DNA of 63,993 nt, the filler included, from Basidiobolus ranarum (taxonomy: Eukaryota), in NCBI GenBank assembly GCA_040143965.1. It is 3 parts of 3 records of this genome, joined end to end, with 100 filler letters (N's around TTAATTAATTAA, not from the genome) between each part and the next. Parts side by side here need not be neighbours in the genome. Positions count along the whole stretch, not along the records: positions 43,553 to 63,993 come from JASJQH010000228.1; 2 more parts are not named here. The stretch is one strand, 5' to 3'. The position numbers and the translations under genes are program-made. Positions 50,786 through 63,993 of this stretch are shown here, in pieces (the first letter of the stretch is position 1; the number at the start of each line of letters is the position of its first letter). Below the pieces are notes generated by a model. The model did no database searches. It was not told the DNA's origin and was given only the letters and a program-made list of their open reading frames with translations.

Positions 50786-51139
50786 TGGTTTTTACGTTCT
50801 AGTAAATAGAATACTAGTGACGGCTATCTCTAATAAGCTATTCTTCAAGGACTCCGATGTGGCTTAGACATTACTATATATAGAATTATAGCAAAGCCTA
50901 GATGCTATAGATTTCTGGTGTACCAAGTATAGATAGTGTACAAAAATGGAAAATTCTCAAAATGATTTTTATGAGATAAAATAGATCTGTTCAGAATATG
51001 GAGCGATTAAGGAGCGAACAAATTTATTTTTTAAGTGTACTTCAATAAGAATAAGATGTCGCAACGCAAATATGACTCCGCTTATTTTAAATACAAGAGC
51101 TAATAAAGTAAGATCCCGGCAGAAAACAAAGGAGGCCTT

Positions 51140-54100
51140 CTAACATCTCCGGAAAACGTAAATGTATGCTTCACCAATGGGTGGAGTGGGAGTAGCTACC
51201 ACTTTTTCATCATTGAATAGACACCATTGGTTTCCTTTACGTACGTGAGCTACATAGTGCCCACAATGAACAGAGGTACCTTTGTGTGATATAAATGAAA
51301 CCAATTCATATTCTGCAGGTAATTCGCCGTCTATGTAAAAGCAGTGTTAGTGATTAAGAATTAATTGCTCACAAACTTAAGGCTAATAACATACTCCCTG
51401 GTACACTAGTGGGCTGAGAATCTTCGGGGCAATCTTCGTCCATAATATCTTCTGGATGATTAAATAACCACTCAACTGCACGCTCCATGTTATTTTGCTG
51501 AAAAATTCATAGCAAATAAGTATACATACATCAAATGACATGATTATTTAAAAGAGATTTACCGTATCTTTTAAGGCTTTCTTGGCTTGAACAGGTGTGA
51601 ATCCCATTTCTACTAGTGTTTGAACATCACTATCAGAAGGCCCTGAGACATCGGCCGAGGCCTCCATTGGGGTATCAATATCTAAATTAAGGAATTAACA
51701 CAAACAGTAGAATAATAATCTGGAGTAGCTCATAATTACCAGGATCCTCCATGTGCTCAAATAGCCAGTTCATCGCAATCTCTGCACCGTTGTTACCTGT
51801 GTTAATTAGGGCTTTGCGGCATCTGACCTCGGGGAAACCCATAGATAATAATTGATCCAGCGCGCTTGAATCGATTTCTGGAGCTTGATAAGATCCTTAG
51901 AAAATAGTCATTGTCGTTGGGTAACTAGAGATACTTACCTGAAGGTGTTTCAACAGCTTCAGGCAGAAGCTCCTCATTGGGTTGCTGACCGGAACTCTTG
52001 TAATCATTTAAAGATGTTTTTCTCTCATTGACGATAACCGGAACATCTACGTAATTTCCATAATCAGTCAACGACTAGAATGAAATACATGGCTTATAGG
52101 ATCTTACTTATTTTCTTTGGAACCCAGTTTTCATATTCAAAACGACGCATATTCAAAACCAAAATATCTGGAAAAGTGGAGAATTTGTTGCACCTATAAT
52201 TTCAACGTTATTAGTTGAGTTGACTTGATGTATATCACTGTTAATGAGAAGACATACGTGGAGGCTGTGGTTTTTTCTTGGCAGTTTGGACAGTTATAAT
52301 CAGGAATATGATTCGTAGTAACATATGCATTTAAGCACTCTTCGAGACCAACTGACTCGTATTTTGTTTCTTCACCGGTAGGCTCATGTTCTTTGCGAAT
52401 TGGTGTAGGAACAGAGAGAGAGCTAGTAGTTTCCTGAGAATACCTCACTTTATGGCATTTCAAACACTCCAATCTTTGCTCCATATTAAATTTAAAGGCC
52501 AATGTTGGGTCGCCATTGTTGGTATTGCGTTCTTTTTGCTCCATAGTCTTTATCAAATATTGGAAAAACTCAAAAGCATCCTGTATTGAGTTGTGGCAAT
52601 TATAGATGCTTAATACTATATACATATATTTAATATACAGATAACAGAAGCTAACCTGCTGTCTCATAGTAGAAAATTCTGGATGTCCTTTTCCTATTAG
52701 CGATTTAAACATTGAAGGAGGGATTCCTTTTTGTCCTTGTTTTTCCTCTTCTGTTTCAACAGGCTTGGAATATTTCCCAGACAACAATCCGTCTGCTAAT
52801 TTACACATTTGGCATTGGAAGCAAGAGGCTGGCTCATTAGAACAGCGAACATGATGCTCTCGAATCATGGAGAGGTATCTAAGTAGTTTAAACAATTCAG
52901 GTTAATTCTCCACACACGAGTACGGAAACTAAGAATATTACCTCTCCTCAATAGGTTTGAGTGCAAAGATTGATTGCAAAACGGAGCTCATATAACAACT
53001 GAAGTTGCATGAATATAAGTGATTAAGATAAGGATGGTATATATCTTGATACAGAAAGCTACATTACCTGTTACCCAAATTTTTTAATCCAGTAAATCCT
53101 GGACCAAAAAGAGGTTCCAATTGTTTTCCGTCTTCCGTAACCATATTGAAATCAAAGTTCAAATTTTGTTCTAGTTGCTGTTGGAGTGAGTAGAAAAAAG
53201 AATGAGTTTTATAAAATAGATGGCCAATATCACGAAAATAAACCACGATCGTAACTTACCAATTCTGCCATGCTCTTCTCAGTTTTCTGAGTGTTAGCAA
53301 CATTAACTCCAAAGTGAGCCAAATGTTCGCTTAAATTAGAATCGATCCTTGGCTCATCACAGTGATAACAGTAAATATCTAGTGCGAACATTTTAACTTA
53401 TGTGTTCTTGGTGAATATATCAAAACAAAGAAGAACCAACCGGCTGTCCCTTCAGGGGTAATGGTACCAAGCTTACAACTAACACCATGACCAGTTTCTT
53501 GGAAGTGTTGAAGCCCATGACCATTACCACCACTACCATCAAAGTGTTTACGTCCGCAACCAAGGCTTCCACATGTCAAACAAAGCCATAAATTCTCTTT
53601 TAAATCACATTCTTGACACTTCGCCATTGCTGTTTCATGGACAACATTAGCGATACAGAATCATAATAGTCTAAATAGTTTAGATTAAAACTTACTTTGC
53701 GCTTCGAGCTGTTTACTTTCTTCTTGGACAAGATCTTTAGTATGTTGGCATGATACAATCTCTTCTTCCCAAGCTTTAACTTCAGATTGCTTTGAAGAGG
53801 AGAGCGAGTTGAGGACAGCATCTACAATTGATTGTATCTAGTAGCAAAATCAATTGAAAAATAAGTGACCCACTTTTTCGTTAATAATTTCGTTATATTA
53901 AGACTTACTCTCTCGTCGCTTTGAATTTCAACGTTACCACAGGCATAACACTTGAGTTTTGAAACTATTTCATATTTATCTTCTTCATTGTCAGGAACAA
54001 TGGCAAGTTTACTCATTTTGTTAGGGGGTGGCGAGTCCAACTAAGAGATCACCAGTTTAGTAAACATTCTTTCTCGAGGTGAATCAAATCTTAGCAGATT

Positions 54101-54439
54101 CACCACTACTCAATATTGCATTACTTACTCTTTTGGATTTTCCGACAGCAATACGCTTTAAATTTAAAACCGTGCAGTGTTGAGTCTTATTAAAGTGAAG
54201 TTCTCCGTGATTGGTAGCAACACAACCACCATTAAAGCAAGTCAAGCAAACATCAATGCCCAGATCAGAATCCTAATTTTTCAAGTCAGTCTAAATTAAA
54301 CCACAAAACGATGAATCTGAAGGGAGATTACCTGAGATTCAAAACATAAAGTGCATTCATCCTTATAAACGTTGGTGTAAATGGAAGGAGGCTCAAAGGC
54401 TTGTGTTGCGACGTGTGGGCAAATGTGTGAACTACTCAT
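51140..54439 (-). CDS. UBP14: Ubiquitin C-terminal hydrolase Ubp14/USP5 (isopeptidase T), multi-exon
   Basis: VYKDECTLCF, ZnF-UBP (ENLWLCLTCGSLGCGR), Cys box GLKNLGNSCY, QQDAFEF, two UBA domains, His box GHYVAH. Confidence 0.95.
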
Positions 54440-54857
54440 GTTGACTGAAGAACCCTTTTTGCTAAAACAGTCTACTGTCAATAAAGTGCACACTTATTAA
54501 GATTATGCTAAATGACGTTAACTAATTCTTACGTAAAATAAACCAAATCATTGATCAGTGATAATTTGATTAAAAACCAGGAGTAATAAAAATAACCTTT
54601 TTCATGGTGTATGTATGCCGATGAACGATTACATAGCATATATCAAATCTGTGGCTTGCCAAATGTTGCTTTCATACGGAGTATTGTCAGTCCCGTTCAA
54701 TCTCATCCAATAGAAACAGAAGTGTCTCGAATAATCCGAGAGACATGTTCAATTCGTTCATTTCATATGAATGTGGATTGGATAATTGAATACGCCAACT
54801 GCAGATCTAGGTATTAGACATACCAAAGACAACTTTTCGAGCACTCCATTATCTGTC

Positions 54858-57635
54858 ATGTCGCTACACCAAAATTTAGTCTTGTAGGGCTCCTTAAGAA
54901 TTCATGTTCGATGTCTTAATGCTAAGCATAGTATTTTTGTATTAGATACGTAAAGAACAGCTCGTTCGTGTTAAAGCCAACCACTGTGCTAAACGGATCG
55001 ACCAAAGCTCTTATCATCAATAGAGACACAGGAGACTTGAGCCTCGAAGGTAAGTTTGATTGTTCCCAAGGAAAAGTTGGAGGGCTTACATTTTTCGGCT
55101 TTAGAACCTTCCAATGAAGAACCTGCGAAGGAGATCTTGAATGTCTATGGAATCTTCGGCACCATCCCTTTGATATCCAGTGCAGTATTTTTTCCAGAAA
55201 GCTCACATCAAGTCTATGGTTTTAACTCTATACTCCATTTCACAGGTAACTATCTTATCGTCATTACAGGAAGAGCTCCTGTCGGAAAGATTCACTCTCA
55301 CGACATATACAGAGTAACAGAAACCAGACTATTTCCGTACTCACGTTCTACTAATACTCTTAGCGAGGCTCAGGTTTGCTTAACAAGTCCACCGAAGCTG
55401 AACATACTACTAATGACTATTAAACACTTGTTTTAGAAATCGGATGAATCTACGTATCTGAGTTTACTGAACAGTTCCCTCAATACATCGGTCCATTACT
55501 TCTCATACACCTACGACCTTACTCAAAGCCTTGAGCGACAATCCGAATTTGTCGAAGCTAATCAACAGGCTTTGTGGCAACGTGTCTGTGTTCGCAGTAT
55601 TTATCGTAGCATTAATAGATTTACTGAAATCTTATCGTTTTGTAGGCTGATGATAGATTCTATTGGAATCATTACCTTCAAAAGCATCTGATTGAATCTG
55701 CTCAACAGAATTTAGAGGTACATATATGCAATTATTTTACTTGTGTTCCGTTGCACTCATTCACTCTTTGATGGTCAAAAGTTGGGCCAATTTATCCTTC
55801 CTGTGATGCATGGGTGTAAGTAGTGATATGCTGCTTATTTTAAATTTCAATAATATTCAAACCATACTTCTTACCTTGCAGTTGTTGAAGTGAGACCAGC
55901 CATCATAAAAGACAAGGCTTTTACCTTCGCTTTGATTTCTCGTCGTAGTAAATATAGAGTTGGTAAGTGTTCTTATCTGTATTTTTAAGTGCTGTTGTTA
56001 ACGAATTCCACCACAGGTACACGCTACTTCTCTAGAGGTGTTGATGAGGAAGGAAATGTATCCAATTTTGTTGAAACAGAGCAAATCATTATTTCTGGAG
56101 CCCATCAACTTTCCTACGTTCAAACACGTGGCTCTATACCGGTCTATTGGTCTCAGGTTACAAACATGAAGTATACCCCCAAATTGAGCATTCATTACGC
56201 TGATAAAACGGTTTGTTTCCATTCGAGTATTCAACATCCATTGTGTTCTAAAGCAGCTCTATCTAGGCAGAGGCTTTTAAGAAGCACTTTGATAAGCAAA
56301 TTGAATTGTATGGTGACCAAATTGTGGTGAATTTAATCAATAAGAAGGGTTACGAAACCCCAATGGGAATAGCATTTGAAGATCGTATTAACGAGTTGCA
56401 CAATCCACATGTTAAATACGTCCATTTTGACTTCCATCATGAGTGTCGTAACATGAGATGGGATAGAATTAGTGTACTTGTTGATCAGATTTCAAGTGAC
56501 CTCGATCGTCAAGGGTTAGTTTCATATTCCTTTCTTGATTTGATTTGCTTATTATTGACAAGCACACCTGGCTATGCGCTATAGCTACTACCATAGTCTC
56601 AGTTCGGAAGGACAGAAACTCGAGATTTTGAAGAAACAATCATCTGTTACTCGTACGAATTGCATGGACTGCTTAGACAGAACAAATGTTGTTCAATCAG
56701 TTCTTGCTAGAAAAGCCCTGACCTTACAGCTTCGTGAAATTGCTGTCCTGGGTCCACAAGAACAGTGTGATCAATTTCCGGATTTTGAATTTCTACTTAG
56801 AAATGGTATGAAAACATAGCTTTCTAACTTTTAACTTTATCGCTAATGATTTTATTCAGTCTGGGCCGACAACGCCGATGCCATTAGTATCGCTTACTCT
56901 GGAACTGGAGCACTGAAGACTGACTTTACCAGGTACTGTTCCTACTATGTCTGATGACTCCGCTTTAATCACTTACTCTAACGTTACTTTAGGACGGGTC
57001 AGCGCACTAAGGCAGGAGCATTTAAGGACTTTGTAAACTCTACTGTCCGTTATTTCAAGAACAATTACAGTGACGGCTCCCGTCAGGTACAAATTCAGCT
57101 AATGCTTGCAAAATTGAGATTGCACACTGACATCGTTACTAGGATGCCTATGATCTATTGCTTGGAAAATATACGATTGACCCCTCCAAACCTTCACCAT
57201 TTACCAATTATCGTATCATAAGATTCAAGATGGTAATGAATTGGTATAATCTACGTAATTATAAGAATCTGGCTCACCTAATGCTTCTCCTTTTAGGCAT
57301 GTGGAGTGTTGTCACTCTTAGTAATTACCATGTGTGCTGGGCATTTCACAATGAGCTCACCAGGTATGTTCCTGAATAGCTTTTACCCTATGTATTACGT
57401 TGATGTTAACTCAATTCTCCTAGGGGAATCAACTATCCTTTCCAAGATATTCTGGCTAGGACTATTCGTAGGATGTGGCTACATGCTTTCCCACGAACTC
57501 CCAGCTTTTATTGATCGTCCTAAATTGTGTCCACTTCCTTCAGATATTTTCGGCCACCCTTACGGACCTCTGTTTAATGATAGTAAGACACTAGTAAACA
57601 GCAATACCCAGATTGACTTGGAGAAGAAATTGTAA
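54858..57635 (+). CDS. SAC1: Phosphoinositide phosphatase Sac1, many exons
   Basis: [42 protein letters not shown], catalytic [30 protein letters not shown]-terminal hydrophobic helices. Confidence 0.95.
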
Positions 57636-58024
57636 TCCAACTACGCTTCCGAAGATCCCCAATAACCATCTTAGACTAGACAAAGTCAGAATTATCAACT
57701 GCAACTTTAAGTTGCTCTTGAAAATATCAATAAATTTCACCTTTGATCTGAATACAATAATTTGGTCCAAATACCAATACAGACATGATATAAATATCTT
57801 TATGAAGTTGACATTACTAGATATGATAAAAAGGAACCTAATCTAAGTTGGGATGTATATTGATGCTCAGCGAGGAGTAAGCTGTGGAGAAGGGGAAGCT
57901 ATATGTTAATGTACAAGATTAATGGAATAAATAGCTCAGAGTGATTATGGTTATTCCGGATTATTTACAGTTGTTGAAGTAAATGGATTTTTTGACGAAT
58001 CGATAGTTGTGAAGAAGCCAACAT

Positions 58025-58852
58025 TCAATTAGATAATTTGACTTTTTTTTTCTTGGTCAATTCTTCGGAGGAGCTATCTGGATGGTTAGGCACTACTCGA
58101 AGTTGCAATACTCTCATTTTCTTTAGTGTTAGAGGCTTACGACAAACAGGACATGCTTTACTTGGGGTTTTGATGGATCTGTGAATGCATTCGTCACAAA
58201 ACAGATGCCCACAAAACGTTGTGGTTAACTTTTGAGGATTATCGAGGCAGATGGAACACTTGATACCCATATTGTTTTCGCCACTCTCCAAAGATCTAAA
58301 TTCTTCTAATGGCTCGGCTATAATTGCAGCCTCTCTTGTTTGCGAAACATTCGCACCTTGCGTCGAGTTAGAATCTATACCATGCAATCTATCGGTACTT
58401 GAGTCTAAACCAGCTTCCTCATTGTCAAGCAAACGAGGCTCTTCTACTTCTCTCCCCTCTATATATGGCTCTCTTATGTAATTATAATCAAATATCGGAT
58501 AATTCCCATAATTTCGGAAAGAGGTTAAATTATTTTGCGCTACTTAAATAAAGTAATAACTTAGACACAGGTCTTGTTGGGAACATAATCGAAACTACTT
58601 ACAACTTCTGTTCGTATCTACTTGATTGCTCGATGTACTATCAGAAACATTTAGGAGCTCTGGCTCTTCATCACTTAAAATGATGAGTGCTTGATTACTG
58701 GAATGCCTGGACGAGAGAGTAGCACCTTCTTCAACACAAATAACTTGATTAGGATTATTAATGGGCTGATGATGACTAGTATCTGGAAGTTCAGTAAGAT
58801 CAATAACTTCTCGTGAATTATTTATAGATGGCTGGGTTTTAGGAGTGGCCAT
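58025..58852 (-). CDS. RING E3 ligase with N-terminal SUMO-interacting motifs (RNF4/Slx8-type STUbL), 2 exons
   Basis: SIM-like VIDLT, VICVEE, LIILSDEE; C3HC4 RING CSICLD...CGHLFCDEC...CPVCR; basic C-terminal KKKKVK. Confidence 0.8.
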
Positions 58853-59234
58853 TATCTGTGCTCAATGAAAGGAATATAGAAGCAGAGTGAACCGTGATAG
58901 CAGAGGAATTAAAAAGAAATTCATCCTCATTCAGACAAAATACTTGCTAATCCGCTGGAATCGATGTTGATTTACTTTATGTAGAATTTTGATTAATCAA
59001 AACAAAGAATCATTTTTTATTATCCAAGAATATCTTCATTCATTGACCATCTATCATTCATCAAACAATTCTGAATGTTAGTAGATATCAAGGTTCGAAC
59101 AAAGATAGCATCTGATGATGATGATTACTTAGATATATAGGAAGCAAAAGGGTCAGATAAATGTATATACAGCCGTGTTTGGTTATGTACGAAGTTTATT
59201 GCGAACTAATACAAAATCCATGAAATAAAGGTGC

Positions 59235-59754
59235 TTAAGCCTTGACAGCGAACTTTCTCTGGGGGAAGTGAATGCTCTTCTTTTGTTGTCTAAGGGTGGT
59301 ACGAGTAGACTCGAACTTGGTCAAACGACGACGGATAGCACGAGTCTTCTTGTGACGAAGATCAAGAGGGAGGTATTTACGACCTTCTTGTTTGTACAAG
59401 AGACGAATGTTTTGACGCTCAGTTTGAGTGATGACGGTAAGAACGCGGGCAATAGACTTGCGGACGGCGTTGCTGAAAACAAACTCCGTAAATATGACTT
59501 CTTCATCAACTATCCACATACTGAGTACTTACATGCGAGTCAACTTGGAAGCAGCACCACCAGCTACCTTTTGAACTCTCAAGGAGGCGAGTTCTTGCTT
59601 GAGCTCATCAAGTTGCTTCTTGAGCTCTTCTTTGGATTGGTTACGGAGTTCGTGAGCCTTAACTTTAGCCTAATTCAAGAAATATTAGCTGTTTGCTTGT
59701 ATTATGGGGGAGTCGTTGTTGGTGTTAAAAAGGGTTGGATTCATTACTGACCAT
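59235..59754 (-). CDS. RPL35: 60S ribosomal protein L35 (uL29), 3 exons, first exon ATG only
   Basis: [10 protein letters not shown]...[50 protein letters not shown]. Confidence 0.97.
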
Positions 59755-60327
59755 TTTTAGATGAATGGATACAAAGTTCTACCGATAAATGAAGGAAGGC
59801 TTTGGGTAAGAGGGAGAAACCCATTTTCATCATCTTCCATATTTTATTCGCCTAAAATTACGGTACCACCAATAGCCCTCTTTATGGTTGAGAAAATCAA
59901 TTCTCAGGATCTTACCCGGGCCCATTCTAAATAACTTGTGTCAAATTGCGATTAACTTACTGATAAGTTACAACAAATAGCAACTATAAGCAACCTGTAC
60001 GCCTAAATCAGTGTTTAACTAATCTGATCTTTACGTTGCTATCTGATGCACCAATGTGAGATATTTGTGCTAACTGCAGATCGGAATATTAAACACAATG
60101 CAAGTACAAATCAGTTGAGCTTTAATGTGGATATCGCTCAACAAGTATGAAGCCTGGTCAGTATATTCGTACCTGATTAGAGGCAAGGATATATTTGAAG
60201 ATGCAATGACATCCGAATTCCTATTGTTCCCCAACATAACGGCCGCTAATTTACAATCGACAAGTGACTACAAAAGCGTATATATATACAAGCACCAGCT
60301 TCTGAGAAACTATATTCAAATCCAGCT

Positions 60328-60837
60328 ATGAAACTGTATACTAGTCTTTTACTCGCCTTCGTTGTCGCTCAAGTTTCAGCACATGGCCATATGGTACATT
60401 AACCTATATAAGAAAACCTAATAATATATCCAATCATTAAGCATCTCTTTTATTAGACACAACCTGAAGTTAGAACCCCACCAGGTGATAGGAACGTAGG
60501 CCTTTCATTAACCCGAGGTCCCAACAGCCATATGCCTTGTGGCGGTAACCCACCTGGGCCTCCTACTGCTCGCTACTCCTCTGGTGAGAGAATAAGCGTA
60601 AACTGGGAAATTGGTGCTGCACATCGAGGACCGTGTCAAATCGACCTTGCTACACATCCGGATTCAAACTTCCACACATTGCTGACTTGGGATTGTGCTG
60701 ATACTCCTGGCGATTTTCAAACAGCGGTTCAACTTCCCAGTGGGATTGCCTGTGAACAATGTGTTCTTCGTTTCCTTTGGTATGCAGAATTTACCAAAGA
60801 AACTTACGTAAACTGTGCCGACATCACTATTGAATAG
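60328..60837 (+). CDS. Small secreted histidine-brace LPMO-like protein (exons 60328-60393, 60457-60837; 148 aa)
   Basis: Signal peptide MKLYTSLLLAFVVAQVSA followed directly by His (HGHM); PCGG; second His in GAAHRGPC; CEQCVLRFLW; ETYVNCADI. Confidence 0.85.
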
Positions 60838-62004
60838 TTACTAGAATTCCATATTAATTTAACAGTTATTTCTTTATTTACATCTTCGAGATTGTATCGG
60901 AATGTTATTCGAATGCAAAATCAGTACCGATACTCACTAACTAATCAGTTTTATTAAATTAAGCACGGATTCAAAATGGATAAATTAGAAAATGGTTTAC
61001 TTAACATACTAAACTTGTATTAAATTGGGAATGAATTAATTTCCTTTTTCCTGCGCCTACTCTTTATGTGAAATATTATTTAATGAATACATAAAAAGTT
61101 TAATCTTTGTTGTATGAAATACAAGCCGTCTACACACAATTATGGCTTAGTCTTATCAACCATAATTCTGCATGCCAATTGATCGAACTCTGTTATGTCA
61201 ACAATCAGTGCGACCGGTTTCAGAAAAACATCTCATATCTTTCAAATCTGAGACATAGAGTTATTGCGATTGTGAATGCGAATAGTATCCAATAATTGAA
61301 TGCCAACTTCAGTTGATGGGGGTGAATTTAGCACTGAGACATATGGCTAAAATGGGAATACTTTCCTTTCAATTTTAAAATAAATATGGAGACTTCTGAA
61401 ACCAAGGTTATTTATAGATCGATAAGAAGTGGTTGATTATGCCAGGTCGATGGGACAAGTTCGATGATATATTGGTAGTGGCCAATGGCCGTGCATGTTG
61501 GGGAAATTAGATAGGAGTATGGGCAGTTGCGAGGAACGCGATCAATAGTAAATGTAGGAAGACGGGGTCTCAGTGTGACTACTCAATAATTTAATGGTTG
61601 GTCCAAACCTAGGGAGTTGGCAAATTGCACTTCTCATTACGGTGTATTAATTGGATCTTGAGTGGTACTATCGATAGAAGCTAGCTAGGAACAATGGGCG
61701 TAGCTGAGGCAAGTACCACATGTTCCCGCTGTTTTCGCTGGTAGGCAACTGTTAGGATAAGATCCAAAAGTTGTTGGAAATGGCAATGTCAATCATGTCG
61801 CTAATCTGAAATCTAGGAGTGCTTATTTTTATTATCAGGGTTAAATTGGATTTTGGTTTCAGAGGGGGTTGGAGTGCTACAAATCTAAGCTTGTATCTTA
61901 CGTACACCCGAACTTGATCTAGAGATCGGTAAGCCTTATAAATATCCTTCCTCTGCCCTCTCTGAAACTTATCTTTTTTTGTATTCTTCATTCCTAAAGC
62001 CTAA

Positions 62005-63993
<1,989 letters not shown>

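Overview
Eukaryotic genomic DNA from an intron-rich fungus. Short (~50-80 bp) GT-AG introns, AT-rich intergenic DNA and the protein families present suggest an early-diverging lineage (Zoopagomycota/Mucoromycota, e.g. Basidiobolus-like); that assignment is inference. The window is three contigs joined by an artificial 100-bp linker (44 N + TTAATTAATTAA + 44 N) at 21696-21795 and 43453-43552, so adjacency across those points is not biological evidence. Housekeeping-type genes: Egt2-like class-V PLP enzyme, secreted class-3 lipase, EFM3/EEF2KMT-like methyltransferase, SUZ-domain protein, cold-shock-domain protein, SEC16, long-chain acyl-CoA synthetase, VPS13, class I CPD photolyase, LTE1-like RasGEF, UBP14, SAC1, SIM-RING (STUbL-like) ligase, RPL35 and GFA1 (truncated by the window). 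Ty1/copia debris from two LTR families is present, including a solo LTR with a perfect 5-bp TSD and a nested insertion, and these repeats are almost devoid of CpG. The most notable items are (1) a very compact secreted His-brace LPMO-like protein whose first exon is missed by the ORF track, (2) a secreted Lys/His/Pro/Tyr tandem-repeat protein with higher-order repeats, (3) a BC-box/LRR protein directly behind the photolyase, (4) a divergent 8-Cys CFEM-like GPI protein, and (5) an intergenic perfect C(UACG)G hairpin. I found no convincing new multi-gene system.
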